Positions 9,492 to 18,511 of a stretch of DNA of 64,000 bases are shown here, piece by piece. Under the pieces are notes generated by a model. The model had not been told where the DNA came from. It saw only the letters and a list, made by a program, of their open reading frames with translations, and searched no databases. Each line of letters opens with the position of its first letter. The stretch's first letter is position 1. The stretch lies in IMG/VR virus record IMGVR_UViG_3300020325_000007. One strand, given 5' to 3'. The position numbers and the translations under genes were made by a program. This DNA is from an uncultured virus (IMG/VR IMGVR_UViG_3300020325_000007). Taxonomy: Duplodnaviria > Heunggongvirae > Uroviricota > Caudoviricetes.

Positions 9492-10100
9492 ATGAAAAAG
9501 TTTGTAAGTAATATACAAACTCTTGTGATTTTTGTTCTCATCATTTTAGTTTTAATGAAAACTTGTGGTGGTCCTTCAGATGTTACTGAAGTAGAAAAAA
9601 TTGTAACGAAAGTTGAAACGAGATACGATACTTTGGAAATAGAAAAGAAAGTCTATGTTCCGAAGTATCAAACTCGTATTGTAACTAATACAGTTACCGA
9701 TACCGTTGTGTTAAAATCTAAAATAGACACTCTTGAAATCCTAAAAGATTACTACAGTAAGTATGTCTATAAAGATACTTTAAAATTAGACTCATTAGGT
9801 TATATTACTATCATAGATACAATTACCCAAAATAAAATATTTAGTAGAAACTTTGATTCACAAGTATTGATACCAACAACCACAATTACAAACGACATTT
9901 ATTTAAACAAAGCAAAGTTTTTTGGTGGTGTTAGTATTGGGGGTAATAAATCACAAATAAACTTTTTATCAGGAGACCTTCTTTACAAATCTAAATCAGA
10001 CAATGTTTATGGTTTAGGACTTGGGGTAAACGAAAACCTTCAACCAATCATAACAGGTAGAATGTATTGGAGAATAAGATTCAAGAAGGATAAAAAGTAG
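9492..10100 (+). CDS. exported/membrane protein, possibly spanin-like
   Basis: N-terminal hydrophobic helix ending in KTC, beta-rich C-terminus, AGGAG SD. Confidence 0.45.
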   Translation: MKKFVSNIQTLVIFVLIILVLMKTCGGPSDVTEVEKIVTKVETRYDTLEIEKKVYVPKYQTRIVTNTVTDTVVLKSKIDTLEILKDYYSKYVYKDTLKLDSLGYITIIDTITQNKIFSRNFDSQVLIPTTTITNDIYLNKAKFFGGVSIGGNKSQINFLSGDLLYKSKSDNVYGLGLGVNENLQPIITGRMYWRIRFKKDKK

Positions 10101-10104
10101 ATGT

Positions 10105-11679
10105 ATGACCAAACCTCTAAAACAAATCATAAAAGAAGAGTACATTAAATGTGCTAAAAACCCCGTATACTTTTTCAAAAAGTACTGTTATATTCAACAT
10201 CCATCTCGGGGAAAAATACTTTTCAATTTATACGACTTCCAAGAAGACTTAATGGGAGATTTTAGAGAAAACAGATTCAATGTTATTCTAAAATCAAGAC
10301 AGTTAGGTATATCAACACTATCAGCAGGTTATTCACTTTGGTTGATGTTGTTTCATGAAGATAAAAACGTTCTTGTAATTGCAACAAAACAAGAAGTAGC
10401 GAAAAACCTTGTAACAAAGGTTAGGTTCATGCACCAAAACTTACCATCATGGTTAAGAGGTGGAACGGAAGAAGATAACAAACTATCACTAAGACTTAAA
10501 AACGGTTCTCAAATAAAAGCAACATCTGCAGCAGGTGACGCAGGTCGTTCTGAAGCATTATCACTATTGGTAATTGATGAAGCCGCGTTTATTGACAATG
10601 TAGAATCAATTTGGACATCATCTCAATCTACATTATCAACGGGTGGTGGTGCAATTGTATTGTCAACTCCAAATGGTGTTGGTAATTGGTTTCACAAAGT
10701 TTGGTTACAAGGAACAAGTGGTGACCAATGGAACCCAATAGAATTACATTGGTCAGTACACCCTGAAAGAAATGAACAATGGAGAAGTGAACAAACAAAG
10801 TTGTTAGGTGAGAAGGGTGCAGCACAAGAATGTGATTGTGACTTTATATCATCAGGTTATACAGTAGTAGAAGGTTCGACATTACAGTGGTACGAAGAAA
10901 CTCATGTAAAGGACCCAATTGAAAAAAGAGGTTTTGATGGTAACTATTGGTTATGGGACTATCCAAACTACACAAAAAATTATGTAGTAGTAGCCGATGT
11001 TGCAAGAGGTGACTCTACAGATTATTCTGCGTTTCATGTTTTCGATGTTGAGAACGTAGAACAAGTAGCAGAGTATAAAGGTAAAATAGAAACCAAACAA
11101 TATGGTGCATTTTTAACATCAATCGCAAGTGAATGGAATAATGCGATGTTAGTGATTGAAAACGCAAATATTGGTTGGGCAGTAATACAAGAGGTTATTG
11201 ATAGAAATTATCAAAACCTATATTACTCATATAGAGAACTTGGATATATTGATGAAGATATTCATCTTAGAAAAGGTTTTGATTTAAAAAGAAAAGATGA
11301 CATGGTGCCTGGATTTTCTATGACATCAAGAACAAGACCACTTGTTATATCTAAGTTAGATACATATATGAGAGAAAGAACACCAATAATTCGTTCACAA
11401 AGGTTAATAGACGAATTATTTGTATTTATATGGAACGGTTCACGTGCAGAAGCACAAAGAGGATACAATGATGACTTGGTAATATCATTTTCAACAGGTT
11501 TATGGGTAAGAGATACCGCATTAAAACTGAGACAACAGGGAATGGATTTAACAAGAACAACATTGACTCATATTAGAAAGAACCAACCAGGCGTCTATAG
11601 TAATCGTAACCTTGGAACTGACCCGTGGAAACAGAAAGATGGACACGGAAATGACCATGATTTAACTTGGTTACTATAA
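10105..11679 (+). CDS. terL: terminase large subunit (T4 gp17-like)
   Basis: KSRQLGIST Walker A, LLVIDEAAF Walker B, LSTPNG, nuclease VVADVARG and NDDLV. Confidence 0.95.
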   Translation: MTKPLKQIIKEEYIKCAKNPVYFFKKYCYIQHPSRGKILFNLYDFQEDLMGDFRENRFNVILKSRQLGISTLSAGYSLWLMLFHEDKNVLVIATKQEVAKNLVTKVRFMHQNLPSWLRGGTEEDNKLSLRLKNGSQIKATSAAGDAGRSEALSLLVIDEAAFIDNVESIWTSSQSTLSTGGGAIVLSTPNGVGNWFHKVWLQGTSGDQWNPIELHWSVHPERNEQWRSEQTKLLGEKGAAQECDCDFISSGYTVVEGSTLQWYEETHVKDPIEKRGFDGNYWLWDYPNYTKNYVVVADVARGDSTDYSAFHVFDVENVEQVAEYKGKIETKQYGAFLTSIASEWNNAMLVIENANIGWAVIQEVIDRNYQNLYYSYRELGYIDEDIHLRKGFDLKRKDDMVPGFSMTSRTRPLVISKLDTYMRERTPIIRSQRLIDELFVFIWNGSRAEAQRGYNDDLVISFSTGLWVRDTALKLRQQGMDLTRTTLTHIRKNQPGVYSNRNLGTDPWKQKDGHGNDHDLTWLL

Positions 11680-11680
11680 A

Positions 11681-11714
11681 TTTGGATATAAACTATTTTT
11701 TTTGTATATTTATA
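11681..11714 (+). promoter_or_regulatory. composite promoter: TTTG-N20-TATATTTA overlapping TATTTATA
   Basis: TTTG 11681-84, TATATTTA 11705-12, TATTTATA 11707-14. Confidence 0.5.
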
Positions 11715-11752
11715 GTTTGTAGACGTATACAATATAATTAGAAAACATAATT

Positions 11753-13639
11753 ATGGCAGATAAATCATTATTTGGTAGATTAAAGAAACTATTCAACACT
11801 CAGGTTGTAGTTCGTAGAATCGGTAAGGGTAGAACTCAAACTATTGATACTCAGAGATTACAATCTCAGGGTAACCTTAGAGGGTCCTCATACTACGATA
11901 GATTTGGTAGGTTACATACCACAAGAAAACATTGGGAAACCTATAACAATCAATTTAACTACCATTCAAATAAATTAGAATTATATACAGATTATGAAGC
12001 GATGGATAAAGATTCAATCATCGCATCTGTATTAGATATTTACTCAGATGAATGTACCCTAAAGAATGACATGGGTGACGTTTTAAGAATTAAGAGTAAT
12101 GACGAAAATATAAAGAAGATATTACAAAACCTTTTCTATGATGTATTAAACATCGAATTTAACCTTTGGTCTTGGATTAGAGGTATGAATAAATACGGTG
12201 ATTACTTTTTACATTTAGATATAGAAGAAGGTGTTGGTATTGTAAATGCTTCACCAATGTCGGCATATGAGATTGAGAGAGAAGAAGGATTCAATCCTGA
12301 GAATCCATATGAAGTAAGATTTAAGTTAGGTGCAGCGGGAGCCGCACATGGTGTAGCGTCAAGTAGACCTGATGACTATTTTGAATTTTATCAAATAGCA
12401 CATTTTAGACTTATGGCAGATACAAACTTCTTACCATATGGTCGTTCACTATTAGAAGGTGCAAGAAAGACTTGGAAACAATTAACTCTTATGGAAGACG
12501 CAATGATGATTCACAGAATCATGAGAGCACCTGAAAAGAGAATCTTTAAAATTGATGTAGGTAATATTCCACCAAGTGAAGTTGATAATCACATGAGAAG
12601 TATTATCGACCAAATGAAAAAAGTTCCTTACCTTGACCAAAATACAGGTGATTACAATCTTAAGTTTAATCTTATGAATATGTTAGAAGATTATTACTTA
12701 CCTGTAAGAGGTGGTCAGAGTGGTACTGAGATTGATTCTTTACAAGGAATGGAGTTTGGTGGTATTGATGATATAGAATACCTAAGAAACAGAATGATGG
12801 CAGCACTTAAAGTTCCAAAAGCATTTATTGGATACGAAGAAGGTGTTGAAGGTAAAGCAACATTAGCACAAGAAGATATTAGATTCGCAAGAACTGTTGA
12901 AAGATTACAGAAGATTATTCTTTCAGAATTAACTAAAATCGCAATTGTTCATTTATATTCACAAGGATATGAAAATGCAGACTTGGTTAACTTTGAATTA
13001 GAACTTACTAACCCATCTATTATATACGAACAAGAAAAAGCAAATCTTTGGTCTGAAAAAGTATCACTTGTTAGTGACATGAAAGATTTGAAAATGGTTT
13101 CTCAAGAATGGATGTACAAAAATATATTCAATATGTCTGACGATGAGTGGAAGACTGAACAAGCTAAAGTTATTAGAGATATTAAGTTAGGATTCAGACA
13201 CGAACAAATAGAATCTGAAGGTAATGACCCTGTTAAATCAGGTGAGTCATTCGGAACACCACATGACCTTGCTATGATACAACAAAATGGTGAAGGTGAA
13301 GGTGAAGGTGGATTCGGTGAAAATAAAGGTGGAGCACCTGAAGGGGGATTTGAAGGAGCAGGTAGACCAAAACATTCAGGAACATATAAAACTGATGATG
13401 ACCCATTTGGTAGAGACCCACTTGGAAACAAGTCAAATAGACCGAAAGCAACGAATACATACAGTAAACACAAGATGTCGCCACTTGCGTATGAAGAACA
13501 ACAAAGGATGGACGCATCTCTTTCGAAACTAAAGAGAAAAACTAAAAAAGTTATCTTAGAATCTTTGAAAGACGACACTCAAACTAATGACGAGGGTGGT
13601 ATGTTAGATGAGAAGAATTTAATAGATGACACGATTTAG
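11753..13639 (+). CDS. portal protein (T4 gp20-like)
   Basis: LMEDAMMIHRIMRAPEKRIFKIDVGN, EDYYLPVRG, AALKVPK; follows terminase. Confidence 0.95.
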   Translation: MADKSLFGRLKKLFNTQVVVRRIGKGRTQTIDTQRLQSQGNLRGSSYYDRFGRLHTTRKHWETYNNQFNYHSNKLELYTDYEAMDKDSIIASVLDIYSDECTLKNDMGDVLRIKSNDENIKKILQNLFYDVLNIEFNLWSWIRGMNKYGDYFLHLDIEEGVGIVNASPMSAYEIEREEGFNPENPYEVRFKLGAAGAAHGVASSRPDDYFEFYQIAHFRLMADTNFLPYGRSLLEGARKTWKQLTLMEDAMMIHRIMRAPEKRIFKIDVGNIPPSEVDNHMRSIIDQMKKVPYLDQNTGDYNLKFNLMNMLEDYYLPVRGGQSGTEIDSLQGMEFGGIDDIEYLRNRMMAALKVPKAFIGYEEGVEGKATLAQEDIRFARTVERLQKIILSELTKIAIVHLYSQGYENADLVNFELELTNPSIIYEQEKANLWSEKVSLVSDMKDLKMVSQEWMYKNIFNMSDDEWKTEQAKVIRDIKLGFRHEQIESEGNDPVKSGESFGTPHDLAMIQQNGEGEGEGGFGENKGGAPEGGFEGAGRPKHSGTYKTDDDPFGRDPLGNKSNRPKATNTYSKHKMSPLAYEEQQRMDASLSKLKRKTKKVILESLKDDTQTNDEGGMLDEKNLIDDTI

Positions 13640-13659
13640 ATTATTTTTAGATATTTATA
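13632..13659 (+). promoter_or_regulatory. putative bipartite late promoter CGATTTAG...TATTTATA
   Basis: CG element at 13632, TATTTATA 13652-59. Confidence 0.5.
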
Positions 13660-13688
13660 TTGTAGTTGTTAGTAATTAAGGTAGAAAA

Positions 13689-14525
13689 ATGGGAAAATTA
13701 AAACATAGTAAATTCAAGAACACAGGGATTCTGTTTGAACTATTAGTCAGACAAATCGCATCTGACACTTTGTCGGATAATACTTGCTATGCAACCAAGA
13801 TTATACAAAACCACTTTAGAAAAGGTTCTCAATTAGCAAGAGAACTTAAGTTATATCAATCACTTACAAAAGAAAACTTTGATTCTGAATACAAAGCATC
13901 AGAATTCTTAAATATTATATTGAAAGAAAGAGCAAAGTTAAACGAAGGTGTACTTAGAAGAGAAAAGTATAACTTAATTAAGTCTATAAAAGATTCTTAT
14001 ATTATAGAAGACTTTTTTAAATACAGAGTTAGTAATTATCGTGAGATGGCATCAGCATACAAACTATTTGAAAATGTTGAGTCAACATCTCCAAAAGAGT
14101 ATGTAGAATGTAAGAATACTATATTCGAAGCAATAACTACAGACAAGGTTGTTATCAAAGAAGAAAAAGTAAGTGAAGAATATTCTAAACAACCAAAAGA
14201 GGTTAGATTATTAGCATATAAATTTTTAGTAGATTCATTTAATTCTAAGTATTCAGGTTTAAGTGAATCACAAAAACTTATTTTGAAAAACTATATCAAT
14301 AACATTGATAATTCAGATACATTAAGAAAGTTTGTAGTTTCAGAAGTAGCAAAACTTAGAAGAGAACTAAAGTCAATTAAAATCTCAGATAAGGTTACTA
14401 AAATAAAACTAAATGAAACTGTAAATTTAATTAGTGAACTTACTAAACATAAAGTAATTAATGAAAATCAAATTCTTGCATTGTTAAGATATCATCAATT
14501 ACTTCAAGAGTTAAGGAGAAAATAA
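13689..14525 (+). CDS. hypothetical head-module protein
   Basis: 278 aa helical ORF between portal and protease. Confidence 0.65.
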   Translation: MGKLKHSKFKNTGILFELLVRQIASDTLSDNTCYATKIIQNHFRKGSQLARELKLYQSLTKENFDSEYKASEFLNIILKERAKLNEGVLRREKYNLIKSIKDSYIIEDFFKYRVSNYREMASAYKLFENVESTSPKEYVECKNTIFEAITTDKVVIKEEKVSEEYSKQPKEVRLLAYKFLVDSFNSKYSGLSESQKLILKNYINNIDNSDTLRKFVVSEVAKLRRELKSIKISDKVTKIKLNETVNLISELTKHKVINENQILALLRYHQLLQELRRK

Positions 14526-15073
14526 TGTCTAAATTTTTACTTGAACAACTCGATAAAAGATTCGAAGAATTAGAAGAAAAGAAAACTGTTCTACTTGGAC
14601 AAGAAGAAGAGGAAGAAGAGACTAAGGACGAAGCAAACGTTACAGGTAATTTAGACGGTGGAGCAGGTCCACCAAAAACTCCATACGCATTCGCAAAATC
14701 TGAAGACGATATGGACGATGAACATATTGAAGTATTAGGATATAAAAAAGCAAGTAAATCAAACAAGAACATCAGGAAGATGGAATCTGTTGAAGATAAG
14801 TTAGAAAAAAAATTAGAAAGTTTGATTGAAGCAAGTTACCGTGACTACAAGAGAGATGACTCGATGAAAGCTCATCAAAAAGTAAACAACTCAATCAAAG
14901 AGATTAACAGATTGATGTGGGAGATTACTAAGATTGTAGGACAAAACACAAAGTTAAAAACAGAGATGGGTGTAACTAACGAAAAGTATTGGAAATCTAC
15001 ACAAAAAAGATTTGGAAAGATTTCTGAAAGAATGTTAAAAGTAGCACGTCAGTTAAGAGAATTGAGTTCGTAA
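14525..15073 (+). CDS. hypothetical head-module protein
   Basis: 182 aa, TAATG coupling. Confidence 0.6.
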   Translation: MSKFLLEQLDKRFEELEEKKTVLLGQEEEEEETKDEANVTGNLDGGAGPPKTPYAFAKSEDDMDDEHIEVLGYKKASKSNKNIRKMESVEDKLEKKLESLIEASYRDYKRDDSMKAHQKVNNSIKEINRLMWEITKIVGQNTKLKTEMGVTNEKYWKSTQKRFGKISERMLKVARQLRELSS

Positions 15074-15074
15074 T

Positions 15075-15224
15075 ATGTCTTGTGGATGTAATGAAAATAA
15101 AAAGATGACCTTGAAAGAGGAGTTGGAAGTAAATGATATCCAACAAATCAGAAAACTAATTCGACATGAATTGGCAAGAGTATTCTTTGATTTATATCGT
15201 AAGAAAAAACAATGGGAAGGTTAA
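15075..15224 (+). CDS. small hypothetical protein (49 aa, absent from ORF track)
   Basis: MSCGCNENKKMTLKEELEVNDIQQIRKLIRHELARVFFDLYRKKKQWEG fills the gap exactly. Confidence 0.6.
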   Translation: MSCGCNENKKMTLKEELEVNDIQQIRKLIRHELARVFFDLYRKKKQWEG

Positions 15225-15857
15225 ATGAAACAACTACTAATTGATACAATGTTATTTGAAGTAACTCCTACTATGTTAAAAGAGTCTAAGGACAAGTATG
15301 GTAGATTTATGGTGAAAGGTGTTTTACAAAGAGCAAACGCTAAAAACCAAAATGGTAGAGTGTATCCAAAGGACATTCTAAAAAGAGAAGTTAACAAGTA
15401 CATGGGTAGAGAAGTAAAAGAGAATAGAGCGTACGGTGAACTTGACCATCCTGAATCATCAGTTGTTGAATTAAAAAACACATCACACATTGTAAGAGAT
15501 GTTTATTGGAGAGGTGATGATGTTATGGGTACAGTTGAAATCCTTAACACTCCAGCAGGAAAAATATTACAAGAAATAATCAACGCTAAGTGTACAGTTG
15601 GTATTTCATCAAGAGGAATGGGTTCTGTAAAACAAATCAGTGAAGATGGTACAGTAGCAGTAGAACAAGACTTTGAATTGATTTGTTGGGACTTTGTATC
15701 TAATCCATCAACACATGGAGCATTTATGTCACCAAGGAATGAAAGTGTAATAAATGAAGGGATTAGTAAAAAACAAGATACTTATAGATATAATAAAGCA
15801 CAAAACATCATGAGAGACATCATCTGTGAAGTTGGTGGGTATTGTGAGTGTTTTTAG
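15225..15857 (+). CDS. prohead protease (T4 gp21-like)
   Basis: NQNGRVYP, GELDHP, GISSRGMG, WDFVSNPS. Confidence 0.93.
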   Translation: MKQLLIDTMLFEVTPTMLKESKDKYGRFMVKGVLQRANAKNQNGRVYPKDILKREVNKYMGREVKENRAYGELDHPESSVVELKNTSHIVRDVYWRGDDVMGTVEILNTPAGKILQEIINAKCTVGISSRGMGSVKQISEDGTVAVEQDFELICWDFVSNPSTHGAFMSPRNESVINEGISKKQDTYRYNKAQNIMRDIICEVGGYCECF

Positions 15858-15870
15858 ATAGGGATTAATT

Positions 15871-16449
15871 ATGAAATTAAAAGATTTACTAAACGAACAA
15901 AATCAATCTAAATCTTACCAAAGATTAAATATCGGTGAAGAAGAAAAAGAACAAAAAATGACTTCTGAAGAAAAGAAAGCATTTCTTGAAGCAGTATCCG
16001 CATATAAAAAGTTTGGTGAAACAATTTATCGTAACGGTGACCTTATGGAAACTTACAGTGCGATAAAAGGTATTGTTGAAAACGCAAACAAAGTAACACT
16101 TGAAGAAACAGGTGATTGGTTTGATAGAGTTACAGTTAATAGACATATGAAATCCATGAACGAATCTTTTAAAGTATTCCAAAAAACTTTAACAGAGGTT
16201 CATACACTACAACAGAGATTGGAGTCCACTTATGATGAAATCGGTGAAGTACTTTCGAAATATTATGAAATTAAAGAAGGAAATGAATTCGGTGCTGAAA
16301 GAGCTAAAGCAATCGCTAAAGGAGAAGATGAGTTCGAAGTAGACGGAAAGAAATATCCTGTAAAATCAGTTGATAAAGATGACAAAGAAAATGCAAAAGA
16401 ATTTACAAATGAATCTAAGTCAATGAAACTAAAGGACCTAATAAAATGA
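15871..16449 (+). CDS. hypothetical head-module protein
   Basis: 192 aa; starts MKLKDLLNE and ends MKLKDLIK. Confidence 0.6.
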   Translation: MKLKDLLNEQNQSKSYQRLNIGEEEKEQKMTSEEKKAFLEAVSAYKKFGETIYRNGDLMETYSAIKGIVENANKVTLEETGDWFDRVTVNRHMKSMNESFKVFQKTLTEVHTLQQRLESTYDEIGEVLSKYYEIKEGNEFGAERAKAIAKGEDEFEVDGKKYPVKSVDKDDKENAKEFTNESKSMKLKDLIK

Positions 16450-16637
16450 TTAAGTTAAAAAATATATTGAAAGAAAGTAAAACTCCCGTAAGAGAGGGAT
16501 ACTCTACTGAAGAAAAAAGAATCGTGATGATGGCAGTTAGAAAGATTGCTAAATACATGAACAGAGACCTTAAAACTGCATTAGGTTATGTAATCGGTGC
16601 AGCAGAAGAACTTAAAAGAAGTGGTAAGGTAAAGTAA
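16446..16637 (+). CDS. small hypothetical protein
   Basis: 63 aa, ATGA overlap, starts MIKLKNILKE. Confidence 0.55.
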   Translation: MIKLKNILKESKTPVREGYSTEEKRIVMMAVRKIAKYMNRDLKTALGYVIGAAEELKRSGKVK

Positions 16638-16795
16638 TGGATAAAGGTGAAATCTTACAGGACATATCAGTAGACCTTTCTATCATGTATAAGAAAGCAC
16701 TTAAGAACATAAATAAGTTAGACCCTAAGACAAAAAAAGAATTCGCAAAAGCATTTGTTGAGTTCAAAGAAAAAGTTGATGATTTATCATCATAA
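16637..16795 (+). CDS. small hypothetical protein (52 aa, absent from ORF track)
   Basis: TAATG coupling; MDKGEILQDISVDLSIMYKKALKNINKLDPKTKKEFAKAFVEFKEKVDDLSS. Confidence 0.55.
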   Translation: MDKGEILQDISVDLSIMYKKALKNINKLDPKTKKEFAKAFVEFKEKVDDLSS

Positions 16796-16800
16796 ACAAT

Positions 16801-16827
16801 TTCATTAAATTTATTTTCATATTTATA
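16801..16827 (+). promoter_or_regulatory. extended late-promoter element upstream of bS21
   Basis: Identical to 7933-7959; TATTTATA 16820-27. Confidence 0.6.
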
Positions 16828-16867
16828 GATACCTATCAATATTGATGGGTATTTTAATTTATATTAC

Positions 16868-17110
16868 ATGAGTAGAAAAAAAGTTAGAAGAGAGGCCATG
16901 ATTGTACCAGGCCGTTTCAAAGCAGCAAAAGTAGTTAACGGAAACATCGAAGCAGCACTTAGATTTTTCAAAAGACAAGTAAAAGAATCAAACGTTCTAC
17001 AAGAGGTTAGAGATAGACAAGAGTTTATCAAACCATCAGCTATAAAAAGAAGACAAAAACAACAGGCAGTCAGAAAAGAATATATTAGACGGTTAAGAGA
17101 ACAAAATTAA
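16868..17110 (+). CDS. rpsU: phage-encoded ribosomal protein bS21
   Basis: NIEAALRFFKRQV..SNVLQEVRDRQEFIKPSAIKRRQK matches the S21 pattern. Confidence 0.88.
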   Translation: MSRKKVRREAMIVPGRFKAAKVVNGNIEAALRFFKRQVKESNVLQEVRDRQEFIKPSAIKRRQKQQAVRKEYIRRLREQN

Positions 17111-17126
17111 ATGGTAAACACTTTAT

Positions 17127-17154
17127 CGTTTTTGAAAGTTCTACCATATTTATT
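17127..17154 (+). promoter_or_regulatory. putative bipartite late promoter of scaffold/capsid operon
   Basis: CGTTTTTG at 17127, TATTTATT 17147-54. Confidence 0.5.
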
Positions 17155-17265
17155 ACCGACTTAAATAACACACCTCAATGTGTGTTCACACTAAATAATA
17201 GTAAAATCACTATTAAGATTCCAAATAATCTTACTATCCAAAAATTTAATTAAGGAGAAACAGTA

Positions 17266-18489
17266 ATGGCTAAATCTGATTTATTAAAAGAGGCTATCGC
17301 TGACGCAAAAGCAGTAAAAGAAACTGCATTAGCGAACGCAAAGATGGCATTAGAAGAAGCCTTCACTCCAAAACTTCAATCAATGTTATCTCATAAGATT
17401 GCAGAAGAATTAGAAGAAGAAGAGGAAGTATCTGAAGAAGAGGAAAACTCAAATGAAACGTATGAAACGTATCATAACGAAGAGGAAGAATCTAATGAAG
17501 ATATGAAATCTGAAGAAGAAGATTCTGTATCTGAAGAAGATGAAATGAAATCTGAAGAAGATGAAATGAAGTCTGAAGAAGACGAAATGAAATCTGAAGA
17601 AGACGAAATGAAATCTGAAGAAGATGAAATGAAATCTGAAGAGGAAGAAGTAGAAGAAGAATTAGATTCAGAAGAGGAAGAAGAAGTAAAAGACATCGTA
17701 GACGATGAAATGGATTCTCACGAAGACGAAATGCATGACGAAGAAGAAAAAGAAGAAGGTCCTGCAGACGAAAACGTAGAAGAAAATGAACTCGAAGAAG
17801 ATGAACTTGACTTAGAATCTGTAATCGCTGAATTAGAAGCTTCACTTACTGAAGAAGAAGACGTTGATGAAAATGAAGTTGACGAGGAAGAAGAAGTAAA
17901 AGAAGAATTAGACTCATCTGATATTGGTGACGGCGAAAATGCTGAACCATCTGATGACGCATCCGATTCATCTGACATTGAAAACGATGACGAGTTAAAC
18001 ATTGATGAAATCATTGAAACTCTAAAAGAAATGGCAGACGATAAGGTTGAAGAAGAAGAAGAAGTATCAGAAGAAGAAGAAGTATCTGAAGAAGATATGA
18101 AGGATGAAGAAATGGACCCAAGCAAGAACGAAGAAGAGTTGGAAGAAGCTTACAAGACTATCGAGTCTTTAAGAAACACTATCAACGAAGTTAACTTGTT
18201 AAACGCGAAATTACTTTATACTAATAAATTATTCAGAACTTTTGACTTGAACGAGTCACAAAAAGTTAAAGTTATCGAGAACTTTGATAGAGCAGGAAAC
18301 TTAAGAGAAGTTAAACTTGTATTTGCTACATTAGGTGAAAACTTAAACGTTGCAAGAAAAAAGAAAACTGTGGTTAAAGAAGGAAGTGCTTCAAAACCAA
18401 CTAAGAGTTCAGCTCCTAAGAAATCAATAATCTCAGAAGGTAACGATGTTGCTAACAGATTTAAGAAGTTAGCAGGTTTAATAAAATAA
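17266..18489 (+). CDS. prohead core/scaffold protein
   Basis: Highly acidic 407 aa directly upstream of MCP; AAGGAG SD. Confidence 0.8.
   Translation: MAKSDLLKEAIADAKAVKETALANAKMALEEAFTPKLQSMLSHKIAEELEEEEEVSEEEENSNETYETYHNEEEESNEDMKSEEEDSVSEEDEMKSEEDEMKSEEDEMKSEEDEMKSEEDEMKSEEEEVEEELDSEEEEEVKDIVDDEMDSHEDEMHDEEEKEEGPADENVEENELEEDELDLESVIAELEASLTEEEDVDENEVDEEEEVKEELDSSDIGDGENAEPSDDASDSSDIENDDELNIDEIIETLKEMADDKVEEEEEVSEEEEVSEEDMKDEEMDPSKNEEELEEAYKTIESLRNTINEVNLLNAKLLYTNKLFRTFDLNESQKVKVIENFDRAGNLREVKLVFATLGENLNVARKKKTVVKEGSASKPTKSSAPKKSIISEGNDVANRFKKLAGLIK
17530..17634 (+). repeat. 5 x 21-bp coding tandem repeat (SEEDEMK)
   Basis: tctgaagaagaYgaaatgaaR units. Confidence 0.9.
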
Positions 18490-18511
18490 TCTAAAATAGA
18501 AGGAAAATAAG

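Noticed and set aside
9021..10100. Small terminase upstream of terL
   Set aside because: Both ORFs have membrane anchors and no TerS features
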